The notes below the pieces were generated by a model, which made no database searches, had not been told where the DNA came from, and was given only the letters and a program-made list of their open reading frames with translations. From IMG/VR virus record IMGVR_UViG_3300025853_000126, positions 1 to 52,361 of that record: a DNA stretch of 52,361 bases. One strand, written 5' to 3'. Shown here one piece after another: positions 30,899 through 39,205 of this stretch; within the stretch, counting starts at the first letter, position 1; every line of letters begins with the position of its first letter. A program made the translations under genes and the position numbers. Source of the DNA: a virus (Duplodnaviria > Caudoviricetes).

Positions 30899-31297
30899 AT
30901 GAAATATTTAAATATAATTTTATTATTAATATCGTTTAACGTATCTGCTCAAGAGTGGATAAGCGATGATAATTTTGATAATAAAATAAATGAAAAACAA
31001 GCTTTTGGCGATGATCAAAACAAACCTGTTATTGTAGAATTTTATGCTAAGTTTAACGATGCTAATAAATTTGAGCAATGGTTAGAACTAAAAGATGTTA
31101 TATATTATAGAGCAGATATAGCTACGTGCCCAGCTGCTAAAAAGAAATACAAGGTACGTATGGCGCCAACATTAATTATATTTAAAGACGGTATTAAAGA
31201 AACTGTTTTTAAAGCAGGACTAGATTTAATGTTGCCAGTAGATTTAAATGAAATACAAGAAGCAGTTGATGAGGTAAACACTGCAAGTCAATTTTAA
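30899..31297 (+). CDS. Secreted thioredoxin-fold protein lacking CxxC
   Basis: Signal peptide; KPVIVEFYAKF and KYKVRMAPTLIIFKDG thioredoxin motifs; no CxxC. Confidence 0.7.
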   Translation: MKYLNIILLLISFNVSAQEWISDDNFDNKINEKQAFGDDQNKPVIVEFYAKFNDANKFEQWLELKDVIYYRADIATCPAAKKKYKVRMAPTLIIFKDGIKETVFKAGLDLMLPVDLNEIQEAVDEVNTASQF

Positions 31298-31298
31298 A

Positions 31299-31448
31299 AT
31301 GAAAAAAAGAAAATTAAATAGTAAAAATCCTAAATATTATCCAGTTACAGAGGATCTGGTAAAAGAAAGAAAAGAATTAATAGCTACAATACGTAAAGGC
31401 AGAAAACGAAACGTTAGAGTCTACGCTGTGTTTAGCGAAATAGAATAA
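31299..31448 (+). CDS. Small basic hypothetical protein
   Basis: 49-aa ORF MKKRKLNSKNPKYYP... that fills the gap exactly. Confidence 0.55.
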   Translation: MKKRKLNSKNPKYYPVTEDLVKERKELIATIRKGRKRNVRVYAVFSEIE

Positions 31449-31450
31449 TC

Positions 31451-31825
31451 ATGGGAAACATTTATAAAAGCAAGAAAAAAACTGGTGAAACATCTTCAGA
31501 ATATAGAGATAGAGTCGCTAAAGAAGGAGCTGAATGGTATGCTGCTGGTGCTGGTCAAAGATCACATTTAGTAGTACCTGATAGTGAAAAAGTACAAAAC
31601 AATAAACCCGCAGAGTCATCTACGTCTTTTCAAGATTGGTATATGAGTAAACAAACAACAAGTCCTTCATCTAATAACTATAATGGTCCATTAGCTAAAA
31701 TTAGTTCAGCTTGTAAAGCTGCTGCAAAAAGAAAATTTAAAGTTTGGCCAAGCGCTTATGCTTCAGGTTGGGGTGTAAGATGTACAAAAGCTGGTGGTCC
31801 AAGTAAATTTGGAGGTAAAAAATAA
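31451..31825 (+). CDS. Basic phage protein (KFKVWPSAYASG motif)
   Basis: C-terminal ACKAAAKRKFKVWPSAYASG motif common in phage basic proteins. Confidence 0.7.
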   Translation: MGNIYKSKKKTGETSSEYRDRVAKEGAEWYAAGAGQRSHLVVPDSEKVQNNKPAESSTSFQDWYMSKQTTSPSSNNYNGPLAKISSACKAAAKRKFKVWPSAYASGWGVRCTKAGGPSKFGGKK

Positions 31826-32100
31826 TGACTTATATACAGCACAACTCACCATTTGCTAAGCAAAAAGGTGGCGGCACAACTAAAACTTGTCTACCTGCTT
31901 CTAAAATAAGAAGCATGAGTAAAGAGCAAAGAGAAAAACTAGTTAACTCTAAAAAAGCTGCTGGTGCTAAAGGTAAATATAAGCGATCATCTAAAACAAA
32001 CGTAAAAGGAGCTCGTAAAAAAGGGGCTACATTACGTGACTGGTTTGAAAAAGAAGACTGGAGAAGAGTTGATGATCCATCTAAAAAATGTGGAGAATAA
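31825..32100 (+). CDS. Basic phage protein (DUF5872-like)
   Basis: CLPASK..MSK and LRDWFEKEDW...CG motifs. Confidence 0.6.
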   Translation: MTYIQHNSPFAKQKGGGTTKTCLPASKIRSMSKEQREKLVNSKKAAGAKGKYKRSSKTNVKGARKKGATLRDWFEKEDWRRVDDPSKKCGE

Positions 32101-32513
32101 TGGAAAATCCTATTAAACATTGTGCTGCTAGTGTAATGCACACTAAAGCATGGAACGACATGCGAGCTAGACAAGCTGCTGTAGCAGGTAGAGGCTCAGG
32201 TAATAAAGTTGGTTTAAAACATGCTGAAGCTAAAAGAACTGCTCCATTGACTATTAAAGAGCAAGCTTATGAAAAGCAAAATAAAAAAATGAGAGCTGAG
32301 CATAAACGTGACACTGGTAAAACTCTAGGTGAAAGACAAACTAAAGGTACTGGTAAACGTAGAGTTTCATTTGCTTGTAGATTTGCAGGTATGAAAGGAT
32401 CTATGAAAGATAAAAAAGGAGAACCTACTAGATATGCTATGGCATTAAAAAAGTGGGGATTTGGTAGTAGAGAAGCTGCTAGAAATTTTTGCAACAAAAA
32501 TAAAGAAAAATGA
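32100..32513 (+). CDS. Basic phage protein (DUF6321-like)
   Basis: RRVSFACRFAGMKGSMKD...PTRYAMALKKW; start at 32100 by TAATG coupling. Confidence 0.6.
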   Translation: MENPIKHCAASVMHTKAWNDMRARQAAVAGRGSGNKVGLKHAEAKRTAPLTIKEQAYEKQNKKMRAEHKRDTGKTLGERQTKGTGKRRVSFACRFAGMKGSMKDKKGEPTRYAMALKKWGFGSREAARNFCNKNKEK

Positions 32514-32971
32514 AAATAAGCGCCAATATAACTTATGCAGAAGCAATACACTCTGAAACTGCTAAGCGTAAAGGAATAGATAATACGCCAAACCCAACAC
32601 AAATAGAAGCTATGAAATTATTAGCTGAAAAAGTGTTTCAACCATTACGTGAGTGGGTTGGTGGACCAATAAAAGTTAATTCATTTTTTAGATCACCAGA
32701 TTTAAACGAAGCCATAGGAGGTTCTAAAACTTCACAGCATTGTAAAGGTCAAGCAATTGATATTGATGATGTCTATGGTTGTAAAACTAATGCAGAAATG
32801 TATCATTGGATAAAAGAAAACTTAAATTTTGATCAAATGATATGGGAGTTTGGTACAGACACACAGCCAAACTGGATTCATGTATCATATGTGTCAGAAG
32901 AAGATAATAGAAATAAATGTTTAAAAGCCTATAAAGATGACATGGGTAAAACTAAATACAAAGTAATATGA
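32510..32971 (+). CDS. Peptidase M15A-family endolysin
   Basis: NSFFRS, SQHCKGQAIDID and WIHVSY zinc-ligand motifs. Confidence 0.88.
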   Translation: MKISANITYAEAIHSETAKRKGIDNTPNPTQIEAMKLLAEKVFQPLREWVGGPIKVNSFFRSPDLNEAIGGSKTSQHCKGQAIDIDDVYGCKTNAEMYHWIKENLNFDQMIWEFGTDTQPNWIHVSYVSEEDNRNKCLKAYKDDMGKTKYKVI

Positions 32972-33396
32972 AAAATTTTAATATAGGTAATTACAAGTTA
33001 CCGCACATGAGTCCATTTCCTGTTAAAAAAATAGTAAAAAAAGTTGAAAAACCATTTGATAGAACTCCTAAAAGACTAGATATACCAGAACCAATTCCGA
33101 TACGTAATAATGGAGTTGTAAGCAGCAGTGGTGGTAATGATTTAGATGAATTTTTAAAAAGAGTAGAAAGTAGGAAAATTAAAAATCCTGAATATGCTGA
33201 TGTAGAAGGACCAGAATATAGTAAAAGTTATGATTTTTTTATAACTAATAGAAATGAAGAAAGTGATAAAGTTGCTAGACAAATAGATTCATTAAATAAA
33301 GTTGTAATGGAACAAGCTAAAAATAGACAGTTTGATGAAATGAAAAAAACTAGAGCTTATCAACAAGATTTAATGAGTAAGTATGATATAGACTAG
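32968..33396 (+). CDS. Hypothetical protein
   Basis: 142-aa ORF, ATGA overlap, last gene of the + operon. Confidence 0.65.
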   Translation: MKNFNIGNYKLPHMSPFPVKKIVKKVEKPFDRTPKRLDIPEPIPIRNNGVVSSSGGNDLDEFLKRVESRKIKNPEYADVEGPEYSKSYDFFITNRNEESDKVARQIDSLNKVVMEQAKNRQFDEMKKTRAYQQDLMSKYDID

Positions 33397-33440
33397 GATC
33401 AACATATAATGGGCGTACCATACCCAAAGATCCTGTAACA

Positions 33441-33470
33441 AGAAGGGAGGCATTGAGCCTCCCTTTTTTA
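33441..33470. terminator. Terminator at the convergence of the two gene arms (probably bidirectional)
   Basis: AAGGGAGGC-ATTGA-GCCTCCCTT-TTTT. Confidence 0.85.
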
Positions 33471-35165
33471 TTATCCGTCACACGCGACGCAGTCTTCCAT
33501 AGCTTTACTTGCTATATCTCCACGTAGCACTGACTCAGTCCGCATATAATATAAAGTTTTAATTCCTTTTTTCCATGCATCTAAATGTACTTGATTTATC
33601 CATTTAGGATTTGCTACAGCTGGAAAAGCTAAATTCAAACTAACTGACTGATCTATATATTGCTGGCGTATACCAGCTTGTCTAACTAATTCTAATTGAT
33701 TTATTTCCTTAAATGTTTTAAATACTTCTTTTGTATCGTCGTCTAGTTCTTTTATATCTTGTACTGAACCACCATCTGCTAAGATTTTGTCCCACGTTTC
33801 TTTTGTGTTGATTTTGGCTTTTTCCAAAACCTTAACCAACGTAGGATTTTTCCTAATGAACGTTCCTTTAGCTGACTGTTCCGTAAATACATTAGCTGCC
33901 CAGGGTTCAATCCCGGGACTAACATTTCCAGAAAGTTTAGAATTACTAACAGTGGGAGCAATAGCGCGTAAATGGGTATTACGAAAACCAGTACCGACAC
34001 ACCAAAGAGGTTCTCCATAAACATCAGCAAGAGCCATTGAAGCTCTTTCAGATTCGATTTTGATTTGACTAAAAATTCTTCTAGTTTCATATTGTGCTAA
34101 TAAACCCTCAAATGGTAAACCTTTTTCTTGTAAGTATGTATGCCATCCGAGTACACCAAGACCTAACGCTCTACCTTTTTCAGCAGATCTTACAGAGTTT
34201 TCAAACCCTTTTCTATATTTAGCTCTTTGTATAAACTCTTCAAGTACTCCATCAAGAAACCATATTGAGTCATAAATGATATTTGTATTTTTCCATTCGT
34301 CGTACTTAGCTAGGTTTAAGCTAGACAGACAACAAACGAATGAGTGATTTTCATCTGTGTGTAATGTTATTTCACTACAGATATTTGTCATATGTACTTT
34401 TAAAGCGTTGTCTTTGTAAGCTTTTGGATTTTGTTTGTTAGTGTTACCTTTAAAAAGTATATAAGGTTCTCCAGTCGCTTTACGTTTTTGTAATAGCTTT
34501 CCCCATTTCTTTCTAGCTTCTGTATCGCCAGCTTCAAGTCTTCGCATGAATTTATCGCCGACGACAGCGCATTGATGTAGGTTAAGCGATTGTCTGTTAA
34601 CGTCTCCTTTAGGTTCTCTAATCTCGAGCCACTCCTCAAAATCGGGGTGGTCAATGTTAATGTTAACTGATGCAGCTCCTCGTCTGACAGATCCTTGATT
34701 AGTGGCAAGTATTGTGCTATCGTATATTTTACAAAAAGGCACAACTCCGTCGCTTGTTCCATTTCCTGTTATTTTAGCTCCGGCGGGTCTAATTTGATTT
34801 ATACCGATACCAACTCCACCGCCGTGCTTAGCGAGCAGCATCATCTCTAAGTTTTTTTGTCCTATGTCAATGATACTATCAGCCACATCAATGCCGAAAC
34901 AGCTAATAGGCAAACCGCGATCAGTACCTGTGTTAGATAATACCGGACTAGCAAGACATAACCATCCTTTCCATATGTATTCAAAAAAGACATCAGCCAT
35001 TTCAGGTTTAAATAACCTTTTGGCAACTGTTTTTGAAACTCGTTGATAAGCTTCTTTAGGTGTTTCACCATTATATAAATAACCTCCACCTATAGTTTTT
35101 TTATAAACTTCGTTGTCACCCCATTCAGGATAATCAACTCCCTTTTTCCATTGATTGTTCCACAT
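33471..35165 (-). CDS. nrdA: Ribonucleotide reductase class Ia alpha subunit (no ATP cone)
   Basis: LPISCF, TNICSEI, VCCLSS, IAPTVS, KTLYY and C-terminal CVACDG. Confidence 0.95.
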   Translation of the reverse strand: MWNNQWKKGVDYPEWGDNEVYKKTIGGGYLYNGETPKEAYQRVSKTVAKRLFKPEMADVFFEYIWKGWLCLASPVLSNTGTDRGLPISCFGIDVADSIIDIGQKNLEMMLLAKHGGGVGIGINQIRPAGAKITGNGTSDGVVPFCKIYDSTILATNQGSVRRGAASVNINIDHPDFEEWLEIREPKGDVNRQSLNLHQCAVVGDKFMRRLEAGDTEARKKWGKLLQKRKATGEPYILFKGNTNKQNPKAYKDNALKVHMTNICSEITLHTDENHSFVCCLSSLNLAKYDEWKNTNIIYDSIWFLDGVLEEFIQRAKYRKGFENSVRSAEKGRALGLGVLGWHTYLQEKGLPFEGLLAQYETRRIFSQIKIESERASMALADVYGEPLWCVGTGFRNTHLRAIAPTVSNSKLSGNVSPGIEPWAANVFTEQSAKGTFIRKNPTLVKVLEKAKINTKETWDKILADGGSVQDIKELDDDTKEVFKTFKEINQLELVRQAGIRQQYIDQSVSLNLAFPAVANPKWINQVHLDAWKKGIKTLYYMRTESVLRGDIASKAMEDCVACDG

Positions 35166-35361
35166 CTTTTAATCTTTTTTCTCTGTCTTTTAATTCTTCT
35201 ACTATTTTATCCCACTCTTCTTTACCTAAATGTAGTTGAAGCGCGGTTAAAGTACCTTGTGACATACTAACACAGGAGTGTACTTCTTGTACTAAATTTC
35301 TAACTAAACCAGTTAGACCTTCTACTCTTTTTTTTAATTCTATTATTTTTGATTCTTTCAT
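35134..35361 (-). CDS. Hypothetical coiled-coil protein
   Basis: 75-aa ORF between nrdB and nrdA. Confidence 0.6.
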   Translation of the reverse strand: MKESKIIELKKRVEGLTGLVRNLVQEVHSCVSMSQGTLTALQLHLGKEEWDKIVEELKDREKRLKDVEQSMEKGS

Positions 35362-35607
35362 TTAACATAATATTAAAAACATACCCGCAGGTATAATTGT
35401 GAATATAAAATCTAATAATTCAGGACTACCTTTTTTCATCAGCCAATCCCATATTATCTCTTTTGCTGCGGCTACAATAACTGTAATCCACAAGCCGTTT
35501 ACACCAAATATTAACATGGAAACAAAACTAATTATTGTTCCATAAAAAAAGTGTAATAATTTATCTGTTGGTATATTACCAAATGTCTTCAAAGTCTTCA
35601 TTTTCAT
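35362..35607 (-). CDS. YfiM/VanZ-like small membrane protein
   Basis: Likely start MKMKTLK; DKLLHF...AAAKEIIWD...ELLDFIFT motif. Confidence 0.6.
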   Translation of the reverse strand: MKMKTLKTFGNIPTDKLLHFFYGTIISFVSMLIFGVNGLWITVIVAAAKEIIWDWLMKKGSPELLDFIFTIIPAGMFLILC

Positions 35608-36544
35608 TTGCTTTACTATAATCTGTTGGTCTAATTGCGAAAAAGTCAGTATGAGTATGTCCACCAGTAAGATGATAAAACCAATCAAGATTAGCTGCAG
35701 AATCAGTATCGTAGCTAAAAAAACGTCTTTTATCAGTGTAGCCAAGTTCGACAAGTTTTTCATTTGTTCTTTTTCTAATAAATTGTTTTAAATCGTTTGA
35801 TTTTAGGTTTTCAATATCACCCATTTCAAACATTTTATCTATATATTTTTCTTCTAATTCTACCATGATCTTAGCTGCTTTGTATATATCTTCCTTGCAT
35901 TGTTCTTTTAGATCAGGTATTTCCTCACACATGTGTCTAAATAATTGACAACCCATGCGGCTGTGTAATGATTCGTCTCTTACAGACCATTTCATTTGTT
36001 GTCCTATTCCTTTGAGAAGATTTCTAAGCTGAAAAGAATATAAAACAGCAAAAGCTGAATACAAACTAACACCCTCTGCAAAGGCTGAAAACACGGCCAA
36101 ACTTCTACCAATGCCAACAGGATCACTGCCGTCATAACTAACCAAGTTATCAAACCTTTCCGATGTTGCCGGTTCGTGAAGAAACGCTTCAAAGTCTTCA
36201 AGTCCAAGTGTTTCATTTAAATAACTGTATGCAACAGCGTGTATTGTTTCTTGTGAGCCGAACATCATAGCCATCTGTTGCACTTCATGTTTTGGAAACC
36301 ATGATACGACTTTTTGAGTCCAATAATCAGATACAGCACATTCAGTTTGAGCAAATCCTAACAATATATTACCAACTAAGTTTTTCTCAGCATCAGTAAG
36401 CTTTTCGTTCCAGTCTTTTACATCACCTGACATAGGTATTTCTGTATGTAACCAAAATGCTTGTGCTTGCTTTAACCAACCTTCAGTGTAATATATAGGG
36501 TATTCAAACGGTTTGTACGGTATTCTTTCTTTAAATAGACTCAT
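35576..36544 (-). CDS. nrdB: Ribonucleotide reductase beta subunit
   Basis: FWLHTE, ETIHAVAY, AEGVSLYSAF and RDESLH di-iron motifs. Confidence 0.95.
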   Translation of the reverse strand: MSLFKERIPYKPFEYPIYYTEGWLKQAQAFWLHTEIPMSGDVKDWNEKLTDAEKNLVGNILLGFAQTECAVSDYWTQKVVSWFPKHEVQQMAMMFGSQETIHAVAYSYLNETLGLEDFEAFLHEPATSERFDNLVSYDGSDPVGIGRSLAVFSAFAEGVSLYSAFAVLYSFQLRNLLKGIGQQMKWSVRDESLHSRMGCQLFRHMCEEIPDLKEQCKEDIYKAAKIMVELEEKYIDKMFEMGDIENLKSNDLKQFIRKRTNEKLVELGYTDKRRFFSYDTDSAANLDWFYHLTGGHTHTDFFAIRPTDYSKANENEDFEDIW

Positions 36545-36692
36545 TGTTATAAGGTATTTCTAGTGCTATATCCACAAATGGGATATAAAACACATAAGTT
36601 AATTGGTTTTGTTCTTCATAAGCTCTTGTTCCGAATAATATACCCGGGTAAAAACCTATTGACAAAGACCAGTTCCATTTTTCTTTATCCAT
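36531..36692 (-). CDS. Small hypothetical protein
   Basis: 53 aa, MDKEKWNWSLSIGFYPGILFG...; fills the gap. Confidence 0.55.
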   Translation of the reverse strand: MDKEKWNWSLSIGFYPGILFGTRAYEEQNQLTYVFYIPFVDIALEIPYNNESI

Positions 36693-36858
36693 AAACTTTT
36701 ATATTATATTGATCTTGATATTTCACAAGTTCTTTATATTTTATTTTTCCTCTTTGTTGCCAAGACCACTTAACCCATTTGTCAATTTGGCGCTCAGCAT
36801 ATTTTTTCCTAGCTATTATTTTTGCGAGCTTAGGATTAACCTTACTGTTTCGTCGCAT
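36685..36858 (-). CDS. Small basic hypothetical protein
   Basis: 57 aa, MRRNSKVNPKLAKIIARKKYAERQIDKW...; fills the gap. Confidence 0.5.
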   Translation of the reverse strand: MRRNSKVNPKLAKIIARKKYAERQIDKWVKWSWQQRGKIKYKELVKYQDQYNIKVYG

Positions 36859-37265
36859 TCTTTTTGATTTTGTGGTTTATATAATCTTGGGTACAATTTA
36901 TTATCAACTAAATATTTTTTAAATAATTTCCAGCGCAATGGAAAAGACTCATTAGCTCTACCTTTACATTCAATTATAAAGTCTTTACCAATAAAATCTG
37001 GAGTATATTTGATTGGTAGTATTTTTTTACCACCACGTTGTTTAAACTCTCCTTTACCATTAGCTGTTCTTGCGTAACAAGGATTTATAAAATCAAACCC
37101 AGAAACTATTTCATAAGTTTGACCTTCATATTTAGCTTTTATTTTAGCTTTCTTTAAAGCCATGTACATATAACGTTCAAGACCAGAAGCAAATTTGATA
37201 CCGTCATACGTTACCTTCTTTGCTTGTACTGGTCCACGTTTTCTTTTATAGTTCTTCTTCTTCAT
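36816..37265 (-). CDS. PD-(D/E)XK endonuclease, T7 endonuclease I/Holliday junction resolvase-like
   Basis: FASGLE, YE and YTPDF...IIECKG motifs. Confidence 0.8.
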   Translation of the reverse strand: MKKKNYKRKRGPVQAKKVTYDGIKFASGLERYMYMALKKAKIKAKYEGQTYEIVSGFDFINPCYARTANGKGEFKQRGGKKILPIKYTPDFIGKDFIIECKGRANESFPLRWKLFKKYLVDNKLYPRLYKPQNQKECDETVRLILSSQK

Positions 37266-37551
37266 AATGTAAGCCGTCGTTTCCGTTTTGCCCTATCACA
37301 TTCATTCTATTCACCATTGCTTCTTCAATCTCGTCACGTAAGCAAACTCTTGCGGCTTGTATGTATAGCAACGCATCCATTATTTCTTCTTGCACATCAA
37401 CTAAAAATCTGTCAAGGTCTTTGACTTCATTTTTAATTTCACCCATCATTGTTGCACCGTACTTTTTCTGACCAATTAGACTACGTTGGTCTATCTTTTC
37501 GATAACTCTTTGTACGATTTCATCGTTAGTCTTTACTACGTAATTATTCAT
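37246..37551 (-). CDS. Small helical protein (nucleotide-metabolism associated)
   Basis: GQKKYG...VQEEIMDALLY motif resembling all-alpha NTP-PPase relatives. Confidence 0.55.
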   Translation of the reverse strand: MNNYVVKTNDEIVQRVIEKIDQRSLIGQKKYGATMMGEIKNEVKDLDRFLVDVQEEIMDALLYIQAARVCLRDEIEEAMVNRMNVIGQNGNDGLHYEEEEL

Positions 37552-38326
37552 CTTTTACAAATGTTCCGTTAATCATTTTACCTGTTCTTGTACTTATAAC
37601 TGTGTAAGCACTGTCTACACAGTCTTCTATAGTAACTCCTTGTAAATGAGCTAGATTTGTTAATACAACAACCATGTCACCAATAGCATCAATAATTTCA
37701 GGTTTATCATCTTTTAACAATGCTTTAGCTAGTTCACCAGCTTCTTCTTGAAGTTTAACATATTGTGTATGTGAATTACCTTTATCATACAAGCCTCTAG
37801 ATCTAGCCCAGTCTCTTATTAATTCAAATCTATCACTATTTGTTATTGATGGTTTTTGATCTACTTGATCTTCACTCCATAATTCAGGAGTTTTAAACCA
37901 TTCAGCAAAAGCTTTATTGTAAACATAAGATCTATTGTTGTTATACATAGAGGTTTTAACGTTTTTCATTATCCAACGTATAGAATCTAAATTAAGTACA
38001 AAATCACCGTGCTCTGACTTCCATTTAAATCCTATATTATCCATTAAATTACCTTTTAATTTTGTAACTGGATAAGGAAACGTAGTAGTTTGTTCTGTTA
38101 CGTTTATTTTCATTTTATTAAATAAATTTTTATATAATTTTCTATCAATCTTGTAGCCATAAGACTTTTGAAGTTCTATCTCTTTCTCTGATATATAATT
38201 TATATCATCGGACTGATCAAGAACTTCATATTCGTCTGGGCTATAACCCTGTGTTATTGTAACTCTCCTATTAAGATTACATGTAACACCAATCTTTTTA
38301 CCTGGTATGTGATAAATATAATACAT
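37544..38326 (-). CDS. GIY-YIG-like domain fused to MazG-like NTP pyrophosphohydrolase
   Basis: N-terminal YYIYHI..KIGVT.NL.RR...E; C-terminal KLQEEAGELA...DAIGD...RTGKMINGTFVK. Confidence 0.75.
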   Translation of the reverse strand: MYYIYHIPGKKIGVTCNLNRRVTITQGYSPDEYEVLDQSDDINYISEKEIELQKSYGYKIDRKLYKNLFNKMKINVTEQTTTFPYPVTKLKGNLMDNIGFKWKSEHGDFVLNLDSIRWIMKNVKTSMYNNNRSYVYNKAFAEWFKTPELWSEDQVDQKPSITNSDRFELIRDWARSRGLYDKGNSHTQYVKLQEEAGELAKALLKDDKPEIIDAIGDMVVVLTNLAHLQGVTIEDCVDSAYTVISTRTGKMINGTFVKDE

Positions 38327-38328
38327 GT

Positions 38329-38970
38329 TTATAATTTATTGTTATACAAGTGTAAGTTGTGTGCATAATGGTAATATTCACCAACTTCAATATTTAATCT
38401 ATCTGCAACTAATTTTTGCAACATACTAAAACAGTATTGATCGTTGCAGAAGCCGTACCAGAGGTCATTAGAACGCATCAGGGCAGCCATATTTAGTCTA
38501 TTATTTACAATTGTAAACTGAACTGCATAAGTACACGGCGTATCTTTAGCATATGTCTTGTGTTCTTTACAGTCATATATACTAATAGCTGCGTGTCTAG
38601 TATCTTTGCAATTTTTTAACTTAGCAACTACGTAATCTAATTGATCATTACGTTGCCATTGCCAACCATAATTAGATCTAACCTCATTATGACTATCTGC
38701 CATTTTTTCCCATATCGGTGGTATCTTACCGTATATTTTACCTAACTCATAAATATTAGGATCACCGGATAAATACCATTTCCATTCAGCATGAGCATAA
38801 TCAGGTTTCCAATTACGTTCTTTATTAAATATATAATTTTCTAGTGGTTTTTCTAACGTAAACCCAACGTTAAATAAAGCTTTAGTATCACCAAAAGGTA
38901 TACCGTCTGTAATTATTTTATCAAGAAAATAATTATAAGCTTCGTCTGCATTTTTAAATTTTCTGCGCAT
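38329..38970 (-). CDS. Thymidylate synthase-fold enzyme, dCMP hydroxymethylase-like
   Basis: PCTYAVQF, MRSNDLWYGFCND and NLHLY motifs; likely start MRRKF. Confidence 0.8.
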   Translation of the reverse strand: MRRKFKNADEAYNYFLDKIITDGIPFGDTKALFNVGFTLEKPLENYIFNKERNWKPDYAHAEWKWYLSGDPNIYELGKIYGKIPPIWEKMADSHNEVRSNYGWQWQRNDQLDYVVAKLKNCKDTRHAAISIYDCKEHKTYAKDTPCTYAVQFTIVNNRLNMAALMRSNDLWYGFCNDQYCFSMLQKLVADRLNIEVGEYYHYAHNLHLYNNKL

Positions 38971-39205
38971 ATTTTTTATAATAATATTTATAGAACTCGT
39001 ACATCTGTATCCATATTGATACTGGACCATAGACTAGCGGAGATCTATTTGTTTTGTTATTTATCTTAATATCAATGTACCAAGCTCCTTCTCCATTCGC
39101 AAATGGGGATATATATATTCCATTGTTTATACACCATCTGTACGCTTCCATCTCCAGCATAGTAGGCATATATTGTCCCATTACATCTTTCTTTTTTCGC
39201 GGCAT
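38954..39205 (-). CDS. Hypothetical protein
   Basis: 83-aa ORF abutting the primase-helicase gene. Confidence 0.65.
   Translation of the reverse strand: MPRKKKDVMGQYMPTMLEMEAYRWCINNGIYISPFANGEGAWYIDIKINNKTNRSPLVYGPVSIWIQMYEFYKYYYKKYAQKI

Noticed and set aside
540-32602. Minus-strand ORFs antisense to structural genes (e.g. 6462-6842, 19638-20093, 31830-32174)
   Set aside because: Antisense shadows of well-supported genes with no motifs or regulatory context
33779-35089. Alternative-frame ORFs (75-120 aa) inside nrdA as overprinted genes
   Set aside because: Short and fragmented, Leu-rich shadow composition, no signal features or sharp compositional boundary; they do show that moderate alternative-frame ORFs arise by chance here
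38329-38970. Plain thyA annotation
   Set aside because: The active-site signature (CT..VQ, RSND...ND) fits the dCMP hydroxymethylase branch better, so the symbol was withheld
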